Positions 50,673-59,839 of a stretch of 64,000 bases of DNA are shown in pieces (position 1 is the stretch's first letter; every line of letters begins with the position of its first letter). The translations under genes were made by a program, and so were the position numbers. The notes beneath the pieces are model-generated. The model made no database searches and had not been told where the DNA came from. It was given only the letters and a program-made list of their open reading frames with translations. The stretch comes from Sphingobacteriaceae bacterium (GTDB taxonomy: Bacteria; Bacteroidota; Bacteroidia; B-17B0; Aurantibacillaceae), in assembly GCA_016715905.1 (NCBI GenBank), contig JADJXI010000004.1:19705-83704 (forward strand), given 5' to 3'.

Positions 50673-50913
50673 GAACTTGAAAGATATTAAATTCCCGCAG
50701 TATAGAAAATACAGTAATGACTTGAGTTATTTCAAAATTATAAGCGCTAATGAAATGATTGAAGTAAGGAGGGTAGGCAAAAAATTAATAATAACGGAGC
50801 TTTTGGCTAGCCAATTACCCGAGCTGAATTATATTAATGACTTACTGAATGAAGAGGGCAGGGCCTTAACCATAGAAGCGGATGAGTTTGAGGTTTTGTT
50901 GAAAGAATTATAA
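50671..50913 (+). CDS. Small hypothetical protein (80 aa)
   Basis: An ATG at 50671 gives MNLKDIKFPQYRKYSNDLSYFKIISANEMIEVRRVGKKLIITELL..., with a balanced, non-repetitive composition. It fills the otherwise empty 250-bp gap between two minus-strand genes. I recognised no homology. Confidence 0.4.
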   Translation: MNLKDIKFPQYRKYSNDLSYFKIISANEMIEVRRVGKKLIITELLASQLPELNYINDLLNEEGRALTIEADEFEVLLKEL

Positions 50914-50921
50914 ATTCTAAA

Positions 50922-52016
50922 TCAATTATCAATTTTTTCGGAAATTTTCCGAAAAAACTTAAGATGGGTTAAAAACTCTCCGGCAATAATTCTAAATAAG
51001 GTATAAACGGGTAAAGCCACAATCATAGCGGGTATACCACCTATGGTTGCCGCCATTAAAGTAACCAGAAAAATTTCGAGCGGGTGTGCTTTTACTGTAT
51101 TGGAAAATATAAAAGGCTGTACAATAAAAGCGTCAAATAAGTTTACACTTAGTAAGGCAATAAATATTTTATTGATTACAGGCCCAATCATATCATAATT
51201 ACCGGCATGAATGCATCCACTTACTCCTAAAAATATGGCGATTAACATGGTTAATACCGAACCTATATATGGTATGATATTGAAGAGTCCTGCAACAAAT
51301 GCGATTAAAAGGGCGTTATTAATTCCTAATATGCTAAGAATGATAAAATCTAAACTTCCAACAATAAGCATGTCTAAAAATAATCCCGCAAAATATTTAC
51401 TGAGAATTTTTTTGCTTTTAGACATCACTTCTTTTATTTCTTCTTCTTTTTCGGTAGGTGTTAGAGTTAGAATAGCATTCTTAACCAATAATTGATCTTT
51501 CAGAAAAAAGAACGTAATGAATAAAACACATAAGGTACCGCCGGTTATGGTTCCAAAATATCTAAATAAGTGATTTGCAGCGTCTGTTAAATTATCGGTA
51601 TTAATGTATTCGCTTATTTGATTAATAACATTATTGTGAAAATCTTCTTCGGTTCCAAATTTGAATAAAAGGTTTTTCAATGTTGGAAATTCATTTAAAA
51701 TATTATGAAGCACATCAAAAAAGTTAAGATTTGAAAGGAATTCGGCTTCTTTTAGTAAAGGAGGAACAATCACTAAAAATAAGCCGGATACGCAGCCTAA
51801 AATAACAAACAAGGTAATAAGTGAGGCAATGGAATCGGGAATACTTTTTCTACCCATTTTAATTTTTTCAATTCTTCTGGTTAAGGGGAAGAAAATGAAA
51901 AATAACACCATGGAAATAAGGATATAAATTAAGATTTTAAAAAAAATAAATGAGAGTATGAATAATACAGCGAGGCCAATTATTCTCCAAATTCGGTATG
52001 AAAGCGGATTTTTCAT
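50922..52016 (-). CDS. AI-2E family transporter (PerM/UPF0118)
   Basis: About 8 TM helices, with the conserved C-terminal region LFNIIPYIGSVL and HPLEIFLVTLMAATIGGIPAMIVALPVY. Confidence 0.85.
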   Translation of the reverse strand: MKNPLSYRIWRIIGLAVLFILSFIFFKILIYILISMVLFFIFFPLTRRIEKIKMGRKSIPDSIASLITLFVILGCVSGLFLVIVPPLLKEAEFLSNLNFFDVLHNILNEFPTLKNLLFKFGTEEDFHNNVINQISEYINTDNLTDAANHLFRYFGTITGGTLCVLFITFFFLKDQLLVKNAILTLTPTEKEEEIKEVMSKSKKILSKYFAGLFLDMLIVGSLDFIILSILGINNALLIAFVAGLFNIIPYIGSVLTMLIAIFLGVSGCIHAGNYDMIGPVINKIFIALLSVNLFDAFIVQPFIFSNTVKAHPLEIFLVTLMAATIGGIPAMIVALPVYTLFRIIAGEFLTHLKFFRKISEKIDN

Positions 52017-52056
52017 TTAATCAAAGATAGTTTTAAAATACGTAATTTTACTACCT

Positions 52057-53328
52057 GTGCGTTTTACATTTTCAAAGATAACTTTAATTTTTTATTTGGT
52101 ATTGTTTTGTGCTTGCTCCACAGGCCGACAGTATTCTCAAAAGCCAACAAAAAGCGTGCTTAATCAGGATGAAGAATCGGTAGAAGTTAAATCAGTAGTT
52201 TATCATTTGAACGATTCAATAAGTTTGTTATTGGTTGAAGTAGTGAATGAAAATTTAATGTATAAACGTCCGGATACCAGCAGTGCATTTTATGCAGAAA
52301 TTAAAGTGAGCGCTTTGTTAATTCCGGATTACGCATCAAGAATAGTATTGGATAGTTCTTCGATTTATCTAAATGATAGAGCAGGGGAAATAATAGCACC
52401 ATCTTCACTTAAAACCATGTTTACTTTTAAAGTTCAAAAGGGACAAAACTACTATATCGACATTAAAGTACTTGATCTAAATAAAAAAATAATTTATATC
52501 AAAGGGCAGTCTGTTTATAAAAAAGAAAATTATGGAAGCCAACATTATTTGGTTAATGTGAAGAAAAAACCTTCGTTTTTACACCATTTTAAAGAAAAGG
52601 ATACCCTTCAAATAGAAACGAAATTACAGGAGAGTAAATTTGTAGTTGATTGCTTTATTAAAGAATTTCCGCCTGCATTTCCTCCCTTTTCAACTAAAAA
52701 GTCTGATGAAATGAAATACGTGGCGGATAGTACTTTTTATTTAGAAAAAGTGGATGATAAATTGGAAATAATCATGCCTAATAAAGGATTTTATCATTTG
52801 CGCTCAAACACGTTGGTAAATGAAGGCTTAAGTTTATTTTGTTTCGGGAATTCATATCCCGGAATTAGTACAAATGAAGAGATGATAAAAGCAACACGTT
52901 ATATAATGGGTAAAGATGAGTATGAAAAGTGTTTAAATGCTCCTGATCAAAAAAATGCAATTGACGAGTTTTGGGTGAACATCGGAGGCAGCAAAGAAAG
53001 AGCAAAAGAATTATTAAAACGATATTATAATCGGGTGAAAGAGGCGAATAAATATTATACCAGTTATTGTGAGGGTTGGAAAAGTGACAGAGGTATGCTT
53101 TTAATTGTGCTCGGAAAACCAAATTACATTTATAAAGGTAAACAATCAGAAACCTGGTTGTATGGTTTAGAAAATAACCCAAATTCCTTCCGCTATGTTT
53201 TTACAAAAACAAACAATCCGTTTAGTGATAATGATTATGTTTTAGAGCGTTCGCAGTTTTATAAAGATCATTGGTATCAGGCAGTGGATATTTGGAGACA
53301 AGGCCAGGTTTATTTAAATAAGAATTAG
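52057..53328 (+). CDS. GWxTD domain-containing protein
   Basis: GWKSDRGMLLIVLGKPNYIY...ETWLY near the C-terminus matches the GWxTD domain. GTG start and lipoprotein-like signal (LVLFCAC). Confidence 0.7.
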   Translation: MRFTFSKITLIFYLVLFCACSTGRQYSQKPTKSVLNQDEESVEVKSVVYHLNDSISLLLVEVVNENLMYKRPDTSSAFYAEIKVSALLIPDYASRIVLDSSSIYLNDRAGEIIAPSSLKTMFTFKVQKGQNYYIDIKVLDLNKKIIYIKGQSVYKKENYGSQHYLVNVKKKPSFLHHFKEKDTLQIETKLQESKFVVDCFIKEFPPAFPPFSTKKSDEMKYVADSTFYLEKVDDKLEIIMPNKGFYHLRSNTLVNEGLSLFCFGNSYPGISTNEEMIKATRYIMGKDEYEKCLNAPDQKNAIDEFWVNIGGSKERAKELLKRYYNRVKEANKYYTSYCEGWKSDRGMLLIVLGKPNYIYKGKQSETWLYGLENNPNSFRYVFTKTNNPFSDNDYVLERSQFYKDHWYQAVDIWRQGQVYLNKN

Positions 53329-53428
53329 AAAAGAGCTATTGAGGCTTTTATTCACCTTTTTTGGGGGAATTTTAAATTTTACACAGTTAATTATTTGTTA
53401 ATTCATTAATTCCGAATGAATTAATTGT

Positions 53429-53436
53429 TAAATTTG
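53429..53436 (+). promoter_or_regulatory. Candidate -7 promoter box for the T9SS cargo gene
   Basis: taaatttg matches TAnnTTTG and ends 26 nt upstream of the ATG at 53463. I found no well-spaced TTTG -33 element. Confidence 0.3.
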
Positions 53437-53462
53437 CGACTTAAACCAATTAAAACAAAAAA

Positions 53463-54464
53463 ATGAAAAAATCTACTAAAATGTTCTTTGCTCTCCTTAC
53501 TTTATTGGGAATGAGCGTATTCGGTCAAGCTCCTGTGGTTGACTTCTCTTGGACTCCTACTTCACCTTGTGCAGGTCAAACTGTTCAAATTACAGGTTCT
53601 GTTACTTCAGGTACAGCAACTGCTTGGGGATATAGTTTAACAGGCGCAACAGCTGGAAATACTTTAGTTCAAAATCCTGTTGTTACATTTACAATGGGTG
53701 GTGTTCAAACGGTTACCTTAATTGCATTAGATGGGTTTACTCCAAGTGCTCCGGTTGTAAAAACTATTACAGTTCAAGCTGCTCCTGATGTTACTGTTAC
53801 CAGTGCTTCACCCGTAGTATGTTCAGGAAATTCAGTAGTAATCACCGCAACTGGCGCTGCTACTTATTCTTGGATGCCGGGTGGTCAAACTACAAGTACT
53901 ATTGCAGTTACTCCAACAGCTAATGCAACTTATTCAGTTATTGGTACCGGTACTAATGCTTGTTCCGCTACTTATACAATTACACAATGGACTGCTTCTT
54001 TAGCTGTTTCAAGTACAACCAACATGTTGTGTAGTGGTTCTAGTGCAACTTTAGATGCAGGTTATGGTGTTACTTATTCGTGGTCACCGGGCGGACAATC
54101 TACAAAAACAATTGTAGTTTCTCCAACTGTAACAACTTCTTATACAGTAACTGATGCTACTTGTTCATTAACTGCTAATTTCACACAAAGTGTTACAACT
54201 TGCGTAGGATTAAACGAGCGTAATGCGGATGTTAAATCTTTTGGAATGTATCCAAATCCAGCTGTTAATGAAGTAGTATTAGAATTCAATAACAATTTTG
54301 ATAAAAATGTAACTATCGTTGATATCACCGGTAAAAATGTTATGTTGGTTAATTCAAACGAAAGTAAATTATCTTTAAATATTTCTACTTTAAATCAAGG
54401 AGTTTATTTTGTAAAAATTCAGTCGAATAACAAAACTGAGTACGCAAAATTGATTAAAGAATAA
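53463..54464 (+). CDS. T9SS type-A cargo protein with tandem Ig-like modules, probably highly expressed
   Basis: Signal peptide MKKSTKMFFALLTLLGMSVFGQ. Two ~65-aa modules follow (C.G.S......G..TYSW.PGGQ.T.TI.V.PT...YTV), then the CTD MYPNPAVNEVVLEF...GVYFVKIQ. Codon choice is visibly biased to gct/act/tct/ggt/gtt/caa. Confidence 0.85.
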   Translation: MKKSTKMFFALLTLLGMSVFGQAPVVDFSWTPTSPCAGQTVQITGSVTSGTATAWGYSLTGATAGNTLVQNPVVTFTMGGVQTVTLIALDGFTPSAPVVKTITVQAAPDVTVTSASPVVCSGNSVVITATGAATYSWMPGGQTTSTIAVTPTANATYSVIGTGTNACSATYTITQWTASLAVSSTTNMLCSGSSATLDAGYGVTYSWSPGGQSTKTIVVSPTVTTSYTVTDATCSLTANFTQSVTTCVGLNERNADVKSFGMYPNPAVNEVVLEFNNNFDKNVTIVDITGKNVMLVNSNESKLSLNISTLNQGVYFVKIQSNNKTEYAKLIKE

Positions 54465-54483
54465 ACAAACTCTAATTATTATT

Positions 54484-54515
54484 AAAACCTCTCCGGTAAT
54501 GGAGAGGTTTTTTTG
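54484..54515 (+). terminator. Rho-independent terminator
   Basis: aaaacctctccGGTAATggagaggttttttt: a 7-bp GC-containing stem (54488-54494 with 54501-54507) followed by a T-run. Confidence 0.8.
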
Positions 54516-54543
54516 TTTTATCTCTTTCAATAAATTATATTTG
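54512..54543 (+). promoter_or_regulatory. Candidate Bacteroidota promoter for sod
   Basis: TTTG (54512-54515) and tatatttg (54536-54543, matching TAnnTTTG) are separated by 20 nt. The ATG at 54572 is 28 nt downstream. Confidence 0.45.
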
Positions 54544-54571
54544 TTATCCTAACAATTTAAAAAATAAGATT

Positions 54572-55183
54572 ATGGCGTTTGAATTACCTAAATTAAACTA
54601 TGCATTCAATGCATTGGAACCACATATTGATGCAAAGACTATGGAAATACACCACGGAAAACATCATCAGGCCTATGTTACGAATTTGAATAATGCTATT
54701 GCAGGAACTGATGCAGAGAAATTATCCATTGAAGATATATGTAAAAATATTTCAGAGTATCCAATGGCCGTGCGTAATAATGGTGGTGGTCATTTTAATC
54801 ACTCCTTATTTTGGGAAATTATGTCTCCAAATGGAGGTGGTGTTCCTTCGAACGAAGTTGGTAAAGCCATTGAAGCTGAATTGGGTGGTTTTGATAAATT
54901 TAAAGCGGATTTCACAGCAGCAGGAGCAACTCGTTTTGGTAGCGGATGGGCTTGGTTATGTGTAAAGGCTGACGGTAAATTGTGTGTATGCAGTTCTCCA
55001 AATCAGGATAATCCTATGATGGATATTGCAGAGTGCAAGGGTACACCTATTTTAGGAATGGATGTTTGGGAACACGCTTATTATTTGAACTATCAAAACC
55101 GTCGCCCGGATTATATGGCAGCATTTTTTAATGTAATCAATTGGGAAAAGGTGAATGAAAATTATTTGAAAGCAAAAAAATAA
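54572..55183 (+). CDS. sod: Fe/Mn superoxide dismutase
   Basis: [35 protein letters not shown], and the metal ligands in [18 protein letters not shown]. Confidence 0.96.
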   Translation: MAFELPKLNYAFNALEPHIDAKTMEIHHGKHHQAYVTNLNNAIAGTDAEKLSIEDICKNISEYPMAVRNNGGGHFNHSLFWEIMSPNGGGVPSNEVGKAIEAELGGFDKFKADFTAAGATRFGSGWAWLCVKADGKLCVCSSPNQDNPMMDIAECKGTPILGMDVWEHAYYLNYQNRRPDYMAAFFNVINWEKVNENYLKAKK

Positions 55184-55198
55184 AAACAATTAAATATT

Positions 55199-55229
55199 AA
55201 GCCTTTGAAAAAGGGCTTTTTTTTTACCA
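55199..55229 (+). terminator. Rho-independent terminator after sod
   Basis: gccttt-GAAA-aagggc hairpin (55201-55216, with one G-U pair) followed by 9 T. The T-run overlaps the 3' end of the convergent GLPGLI gene. Confidence 0.6.
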
Positions 55230-55937
55230 TACCTCAAAGGTTTCGTGAATTACCCCTTTAAACCATTTTTCTTTACCCCAACGTTTAATCATTTCTTCCT
55301 TCATTTCAGGTACGGTGTAAACTTTTTTACGTTTGGAGGGAATGAAAACAGTAACCGGGGGTTCTATTAATTCTACTTTTTTGGCAAAATAAATTATGCC
55401 ACCATCTTCTGTAGCTAATCCTAATATTGTTCCTGGTAATCCATAAAAACTTTCAGGACCTGTACCGGGAATTAAATCGTAGCTAAACCAGGCGTAAATT
55501 CGAGTAGTATCATTTACCTGCCAAAGTGCTTTTCTGCATGCGTAACCGGCAATCATTCTTGTACTCTCCGTTATTTTCCAGTTTCTGGTAAATAAACTAT
55601 CTGTAAGATTTAATTCTTCTCCCCAAAAGAATTTTCGCAAGTATCTTGTTTGTGTGTTGAAATTCTGATAAACTGTATTTTTTTGCGTAGCCCATTCAAA
55701 ATTTTCTTTCAATTCACTCTCCTGTGGTTTAAAAACCGAAATCGTATCATTAAAATATAATTCAAAAAAATCTATCTTTATCTTGTCTTCTTCTTTAATC
55801 CATCGCTTATAATCATCGCCTTTAAATTTTTTATACAAATTTGTTCTTCTTTCAAAAGTTATTTTTCCTCTTGTGATTTGTGCCGGTGCAAGGGAACAGA
55901 GCAATATAAGTATGCTTAAGCTAATTCTAAAAATCAT
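55224..55937 (-). CDS. GLPGLI family protein
   Basis: FYGLPGTILGLATEDG matches the GLPGLI signature. Signal peptide present. It is encoded directly downstream of, and overlaps by 11 nt, an outer-membrane beta-barrel gene, the usual partner. Confidence 0.8.
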   Translation of the reverse strand: MIFRISLSILILLCSLAPAQITRGKITFERRTNLYKKFKGDDYKRWIKEEDKIKIDFFELYFNDTISVFKPQESELKENFEWATQKNTVYQNFNTQTRYLRKFFWGEELNLTDSLFTRNWKITESTRMIAGYACRKALWQVNDTTRIYAWFSYDLIPGTGPESFYGLPGTILGLATEDGGIIYFAKKVELIEPPVTVFIPSKRKKVYTVPEMKEEMIKRWGKEKWFKGVIHETFEVW

Positions 55938-58665
55938 CTTCTTCCTCCTCTTCTTCTTTTTGACTAGTAAATTTATAGATTAAACGAAATAGAAAAAAGC
56001 GTTTTATTACTTGAGTTTTACTGTCAACAATACTATTACTGTTTACGTATCTTGTATTGTTTACATTTTGATTCAATAAATCATAACCTTCCAAAACAAC
56101 AGTTAATGCATCGCGTTTAAAAAAGGCTTTACTTATGGTTGCATTGATGGTGGTTACTTCTAAATTAAAGCCCGGAGTTCTGTTTCCATTGTTGGTGTAT
56201 TTCACGTCAGAGGTGATGTAAAACTTTTTTGGTAATTTGAGTGATAAATTAGCTCCTCCTGAATAGGAATAATAATTTTGATTGGAATTAATACTGATTG
56301 TTTGTTTTGTGTTATCGTATTTATATTCGCCTGTTATTCCTAATTCCATCCATTCTATTTGCTTTTCAATTGTTAATTCAGGTGCAAACCCATAAGATTC
56401 AACCGTGTTAAGTTTATTGTTAACGTACGAAAGGTTTCTGTTTATATTCGCATTTAATCTATATTCTATTTTCAACCATCGGTGAAGTATTGGAAACCCA
56501 CCGCCAAGCCAGGTATTTCCATAGTAATTACCATTAATATTAGTTGGTGTCGCAATGGCTCTTCCTAAGCTGTCAAAATAGCTGGTATTGGTAAACTGAT
56601 TAAAGGTTTGAGAACCATAAATACCTACATTAAAATGCACATCGCTTATTCCTTTGTAGAAATAATAATTCATGTTTAAATTATTTACAAAGGCAGGTTT
56701 TAAATCCGGATTACCAATAAAAATCCTATTGGGATCGCTATTATCTACAACCGGTTGCATTTGCGATAACTCCGGAGTTTGCAAATCTGAATAATAATTC
56801 ATCCATAAGTTTGAACTTTGTGAAAATCGGATTTGTGCATTAGCATAAGGTAAAAATCCGGTAAATGTTTTATTTAATTTCTGATTATCGGTTACATTAA
56901 TATTTTCCTGATATATATTTTTATAATTTACGCCAACTCCAATTTTATACTTTTTAACTTCATAAGTTAATCTTGTTCCACCCCGGTTAGTTAATCGGGT
57001 ATTTCTAAAGTCATTGGATTGTAAAGTATTGAAAAGATCGTAAGTCTGCCCACCAAAATCAAATGTTTTTCTGGTATTAGCATTTAAGCTATGTGATATT
57101 CCGTAGCTAAATTCCGATTTTAATTTTTTACTCCAAGGTTCAGTATAGGTTAATGAACCGTTGTTTAAATTTTTTAAACTTGATGTTTCGCGTTGCTGCG
57201 CAATACTCGAGTCTTTTAATTGGGATTGAAAATAAACAAAGTCGGTGTTTAAATTATTTTTACCCTTTTGTTCAAATAGAGTAGGGTTGTACATAATAGA
57301 TAATTGTCGGTCTTTCTTTTTAAAATTCCGGTTGATTTTCATCAAAATGTCGGCATCCGTTTTTTCGGTTTTGCCATTATTCAGAATAGAAGTTCTTCGG
57401 GTTGTGGTTCCTTCTTCACTTACAAAATCATCAATTTTTAAGTTTGATGTTTCAGTTATGCCCAAACTACCTTTAGGTCTTACTATCAATTCGGTTAGTG
57501 AATCCAACTTGGTGGAAAGTTTGAAATTAAAGTTATGACTCAAGTTTTGATTGTTATTAGAAGAAAGTTGTTGATTGGTATAGGTGGTGTCATCTAAAAA
57601 GTATTGTGTATTAACTTCCGAACCTGAAAGTAAACCGGTTTGACGGAAGGTATAATCGGCATTTACTTTAGTTGACTTACCAAATTTATTATTAAAATAA
57701 AAACCACTTTTTAAAGTAGTAGGAATCCCTGATTTATTATCTTCAAAACTGGTCCAGGAATTAGATTCCGGATCAAAGGATACATTACCATTATCGTTAA
57801 TGCCGTACTTATAAGCGTCGCTCCAGTCAAAAGCTTGTTTGGGTGTTGAGGTCCATAAACCAAATGCCGATATTTTTAAATTCTTTTTAAATCGGTTAAC
57901 TAATAAATCGTTTTCATGAAATTTATTAAAGTCACTGGCTCCTGAAATTTTTCCAAAATATCCTTTTTTAGCATCTTCTTTTAATTTCAAATTCATCACC
58001 TTCAACATTTCATCTGTATTACCTTCTCCTTCTGTATTGTCTTTCTTTTTATCAAATACTTGAACCGATTCCAATGTTTTTGCATTTAAATTTCGAGTGG
58101 CTACTGTTGGGTCGCTTCCAAAAAATTCGTCTCCATCCACCAATACCTGATCAACCGCCTTACCCTGAACGGTTATTTTTCCCATTGCATCTACTTTAAC
58201 ACCGGGTAATTTTCTCAGTAAATCTTCAACATTGGCATTCGGTCTGGTTTTAAATGAATCGGCAGTAAACATAAGTGTATCTCCTTTGTAATACACTTTA
58301 TCCTTATAAGCTAATATTTCAATTTCATTTAATTCAATCGATTTGGAAGGGAGTACTACATTTTTAAAATTATAAACACTGTCAGCAGAAGGAACTAATA
58401 AATAAGTTTTATCATTAAACTTGGGATGCGATAATATGACAATGTATGTATCAAGCGGAACAACTAAAGATTTGAAAACGCCTTCTTTATTGGTGCGTGT
58501 AAAACTAACCAAACTACTGTCTTTAAACTTTACAGCCATCATTAGTACATTGGGTAAGCCTTGCGATGCAGCCGTGTCTTTTACATTTCCATTAAAATAA
58601 AGGTTTTGACCATGAAACGTAGTTGCGCTTAGGAAAATAATAAGCAATAAAATGAATTGTTTCAT
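55927..58665 (-). CDS. Outer-membrane beta-barrel protein with an N-terminal carboxypeptidase-regulatory-like domain and plug (TonB-dependent-receptor-like)
   Basis: Signal peptide and a CarboxypepD_reg-like region (FNGNVKDTAASQGLPNVLMMAV). The plug-like region is LLRKLPGVKVDAMGKITVQGKAVDQVLVDGDEF. Alternating beta-strand patterns follow, with a terminal ...EEEEEEDDF. Confidence 0.75.
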   Translation of the reverse strand: MKQFILLLIIFLSATTFHGQNLYFNGNVKDTAASQGLPNVLMMAVKFKDSSLVSFTRTNKEGVFKSLVVPLDTYIVILSHPKFNDKTYLLVPSADSVYNFKNVVLPSKSIELNEIEILAYKDKVYYKGDTLMFTADSFKTRPNANVEDLLRKLPGVKVDAMGKITVQGKAVDQVLVDGDEFFGSDPTVATRNLNAKTLESVQVFDKKKDNTEGEGNTDEMLKVMNLKLKEDAKKGYFGKISGASDFNKFHENDLLVNRFKKNLKISAFGLWTSTPKQAFDWSDAYKYGINDNGNVSFDPESNSWTSFEDNKSGIPTTLKSGFYFNNKFGKSTKVNADYTFRQTGLLSGSEVNTQYFLDDTTYTNQQLSSNNNQNLSHNFNFKLSTKLDSLTELIVRPKGSLGITETSNLKIDDFVSEEGTTTRRTSILNNGKTEKTDADILMKINRNFKKKDRQLSIMYNPTLFEQKGKNNLNTDFVYFQSQLKDSSIAQQRETSSLKNLNNGSLTYTEPWSKKLKSEFSYGISHSLNANTRKTFDFGGQTYDLFNTLQSNDFRNTRLTNRGGTRLTYEVKKYKIGVGVNYKNIYQENINVTDNQKLNKTFTGFLPYANAQIRFSQSSNLWMNYYSDLQTPELSQMQPVVDNSDPNRIFIGNPDLKPAFVNNLNMNYYFYKGISDVHFNVGIYGSQTFNQFTNTSYFDSLGRAIATPTNINGNYYGNTWLGGGFPILHRWLKIEYRLNANINRNLSYVNNKLNTVESYGFAPELTIEKQIEWMELGITGEYKYDNTKQTISINSNQNYYSYSGGANLSLKLPKKFYITSDVKYTNNGNRTPGFNLEVTTINATISKAFFKRDALTVVLEGYDLLNQNVNNTRYVNSNSIVDSKTQVIKRFFLFRLIYKFTSQKEEEEEEDDF

Positions 58666-58792
58666 GAAACGCAGTTAAAGCGATAATACAAATATTAAAA
58701 AAGGTTACGTAGGAATGATGGGAAAGTAGAATTTTTGACATAAATTGGCTTTTAATAATTCAAAATCACAGCAACCTATAGGGTACAAGTTT

Positions 58793-59419
58793 ATGTTAAT
58801 ACGATTAAATGACAATAGCCTAAGCAGTAAAGGCATGGATCAAATCATTTCCTGTTTAAAAAACGGCGGGTTGATTATTTATCCTACAGATACGGTTTAC
58901 GCTTTGGGAGCAGATATCACAAACGTTAAAGCTTTTGAAAAGATTTGCAAGTTAAAGGGAATAAAACCTGATAAAGCTAATTTTTCATTTGTATGTAGTA
59001 ATCTTAGTCATTTAAGTGAGTATACCAGTCCAATTCCTAATCCGGTTTACCGCATCATGCGTAAAGCTTTACCCGGGCCATATACATTTATATTAAACGC
59101 CAGTCAAAAAGTACCCAAACTTTTAAAGCAAAATAAGAAAACGGTGGGTATCCGGGTGCCTAATAATAAAATATGTACAGCTATTGTTGAACAGTTGGGC
59201 AATCCATTAATTTCAACAAGTTTGCATAACGAAAATGATGATATTTTAGAATATTTTTCAGATCCGGAACTAATTCATCAGCAATATGAAAGTGAAGTGG
59301 ATATTGTTGTTGATGGAGGTTTTGGTAATGTTTATCCTTCTACTGTGATTGATTGCAGCGGAGATGAATGCGTGATTGTAAGAGAAGGGGCTGGCGACGC
59401 ATCTATTATTAATTTATGA
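58793..59419 (+). CDS. tsaC: L-threonylcarbamoyladenylate synthase (YrdC/TsaC type)
   Basis: IYPTDTVYALGAD, KGIKPDKANFSFVC, LPGPYTFIL, VGIRVPNN and STVIDC. I chose the ATG at 58793 over the upstream alternative start. Confidence 0.88.
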   Translation: MLIRLNDNSLSSKGMDQIISCLKNGGLIIYPTDTVYALGADITNVKAFEKICKLKGIKPDKANFSFVCSNLSHLSEYTSPIPNPVYRIMRKALPGPYTFILNASQKVPKLLKQNKKTVGIRVPNNKICTAIVEQLGNPLISTSLHNENDDILEYFSDPELIHQQYESEVDIVVDGGFGNVYPSTVIDCSGDECVIVREGAGDASIINL

Positions 59420-59836
59420 TTTATCTAAGTAGTATTTTACTGCTAATTCGTAAGATTGTAATCCGAATCCTGAAATACTGCCAATACAGTTTTTTCCGAC
59501 ATAGGATATATGTCTGTAATCTTCTCTCGCAAAAATATTGCTAATATGTACTTCAATTACAGGAGTTTTAATAGCGGCTACCGCATCGGCTATACCAATG
59601 GATGTATGCCCATAAGCGCCCGGGTTTAATATAATTCCGTCAGCTGCAAAACCTTCGGTTTGTATATGATTAATAAGTTCACCTTCAATGTTACTTTGCA
59701 AATATTTAAAGTTAACCTGCTTGAATTTCTTTTGCAAAAGCACTAAATACTCATCAAAACCCATGTTTCCATAAATATCCTTTTCTCTTTTGCCTAAAAG
59801 GTTTAAATTTGGTCCATTAATTACGGTTATATTCAT
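59414..59836 (-). CDS. aroQ: Type II 3-dehydroquinate dehydratase
   Basis: INGPNLNLLGKREKDIYG, ILNPGAYGHTSIGIADA and EVHISNIFAREDYRH. Confidence 0.95.
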   Translation of the reverse strand: MNITVINGPNLNLLGKREKDIYGNMGFDEYLVLLQKKFKQVNFKYLQSNIEGELINHIQTEGFAADGIILNPGAYGHTSIGIADAVAAIKTPVIEVHISNIFAREDYRHISYVGKNCIGSISGFGLQSYELAVKYYLDKS

Positions 59837-59839
59837 AAA

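Noticed and set aside
47799-50913. The AddB-like nuclease plus an adjacent small unknown ORF as a candidate two-gene defence or toxin-antitoxin module.
   Set aside because: The nuclease has the canonical AddB recombination-repair architecture. The small ORF is divergent rather than co-transcribed, and no other defence hallmarks are nearby: no methylase, ATPase, NTPase, TIR or Sir2. The observation is kept only as a gene-organisation oddity.
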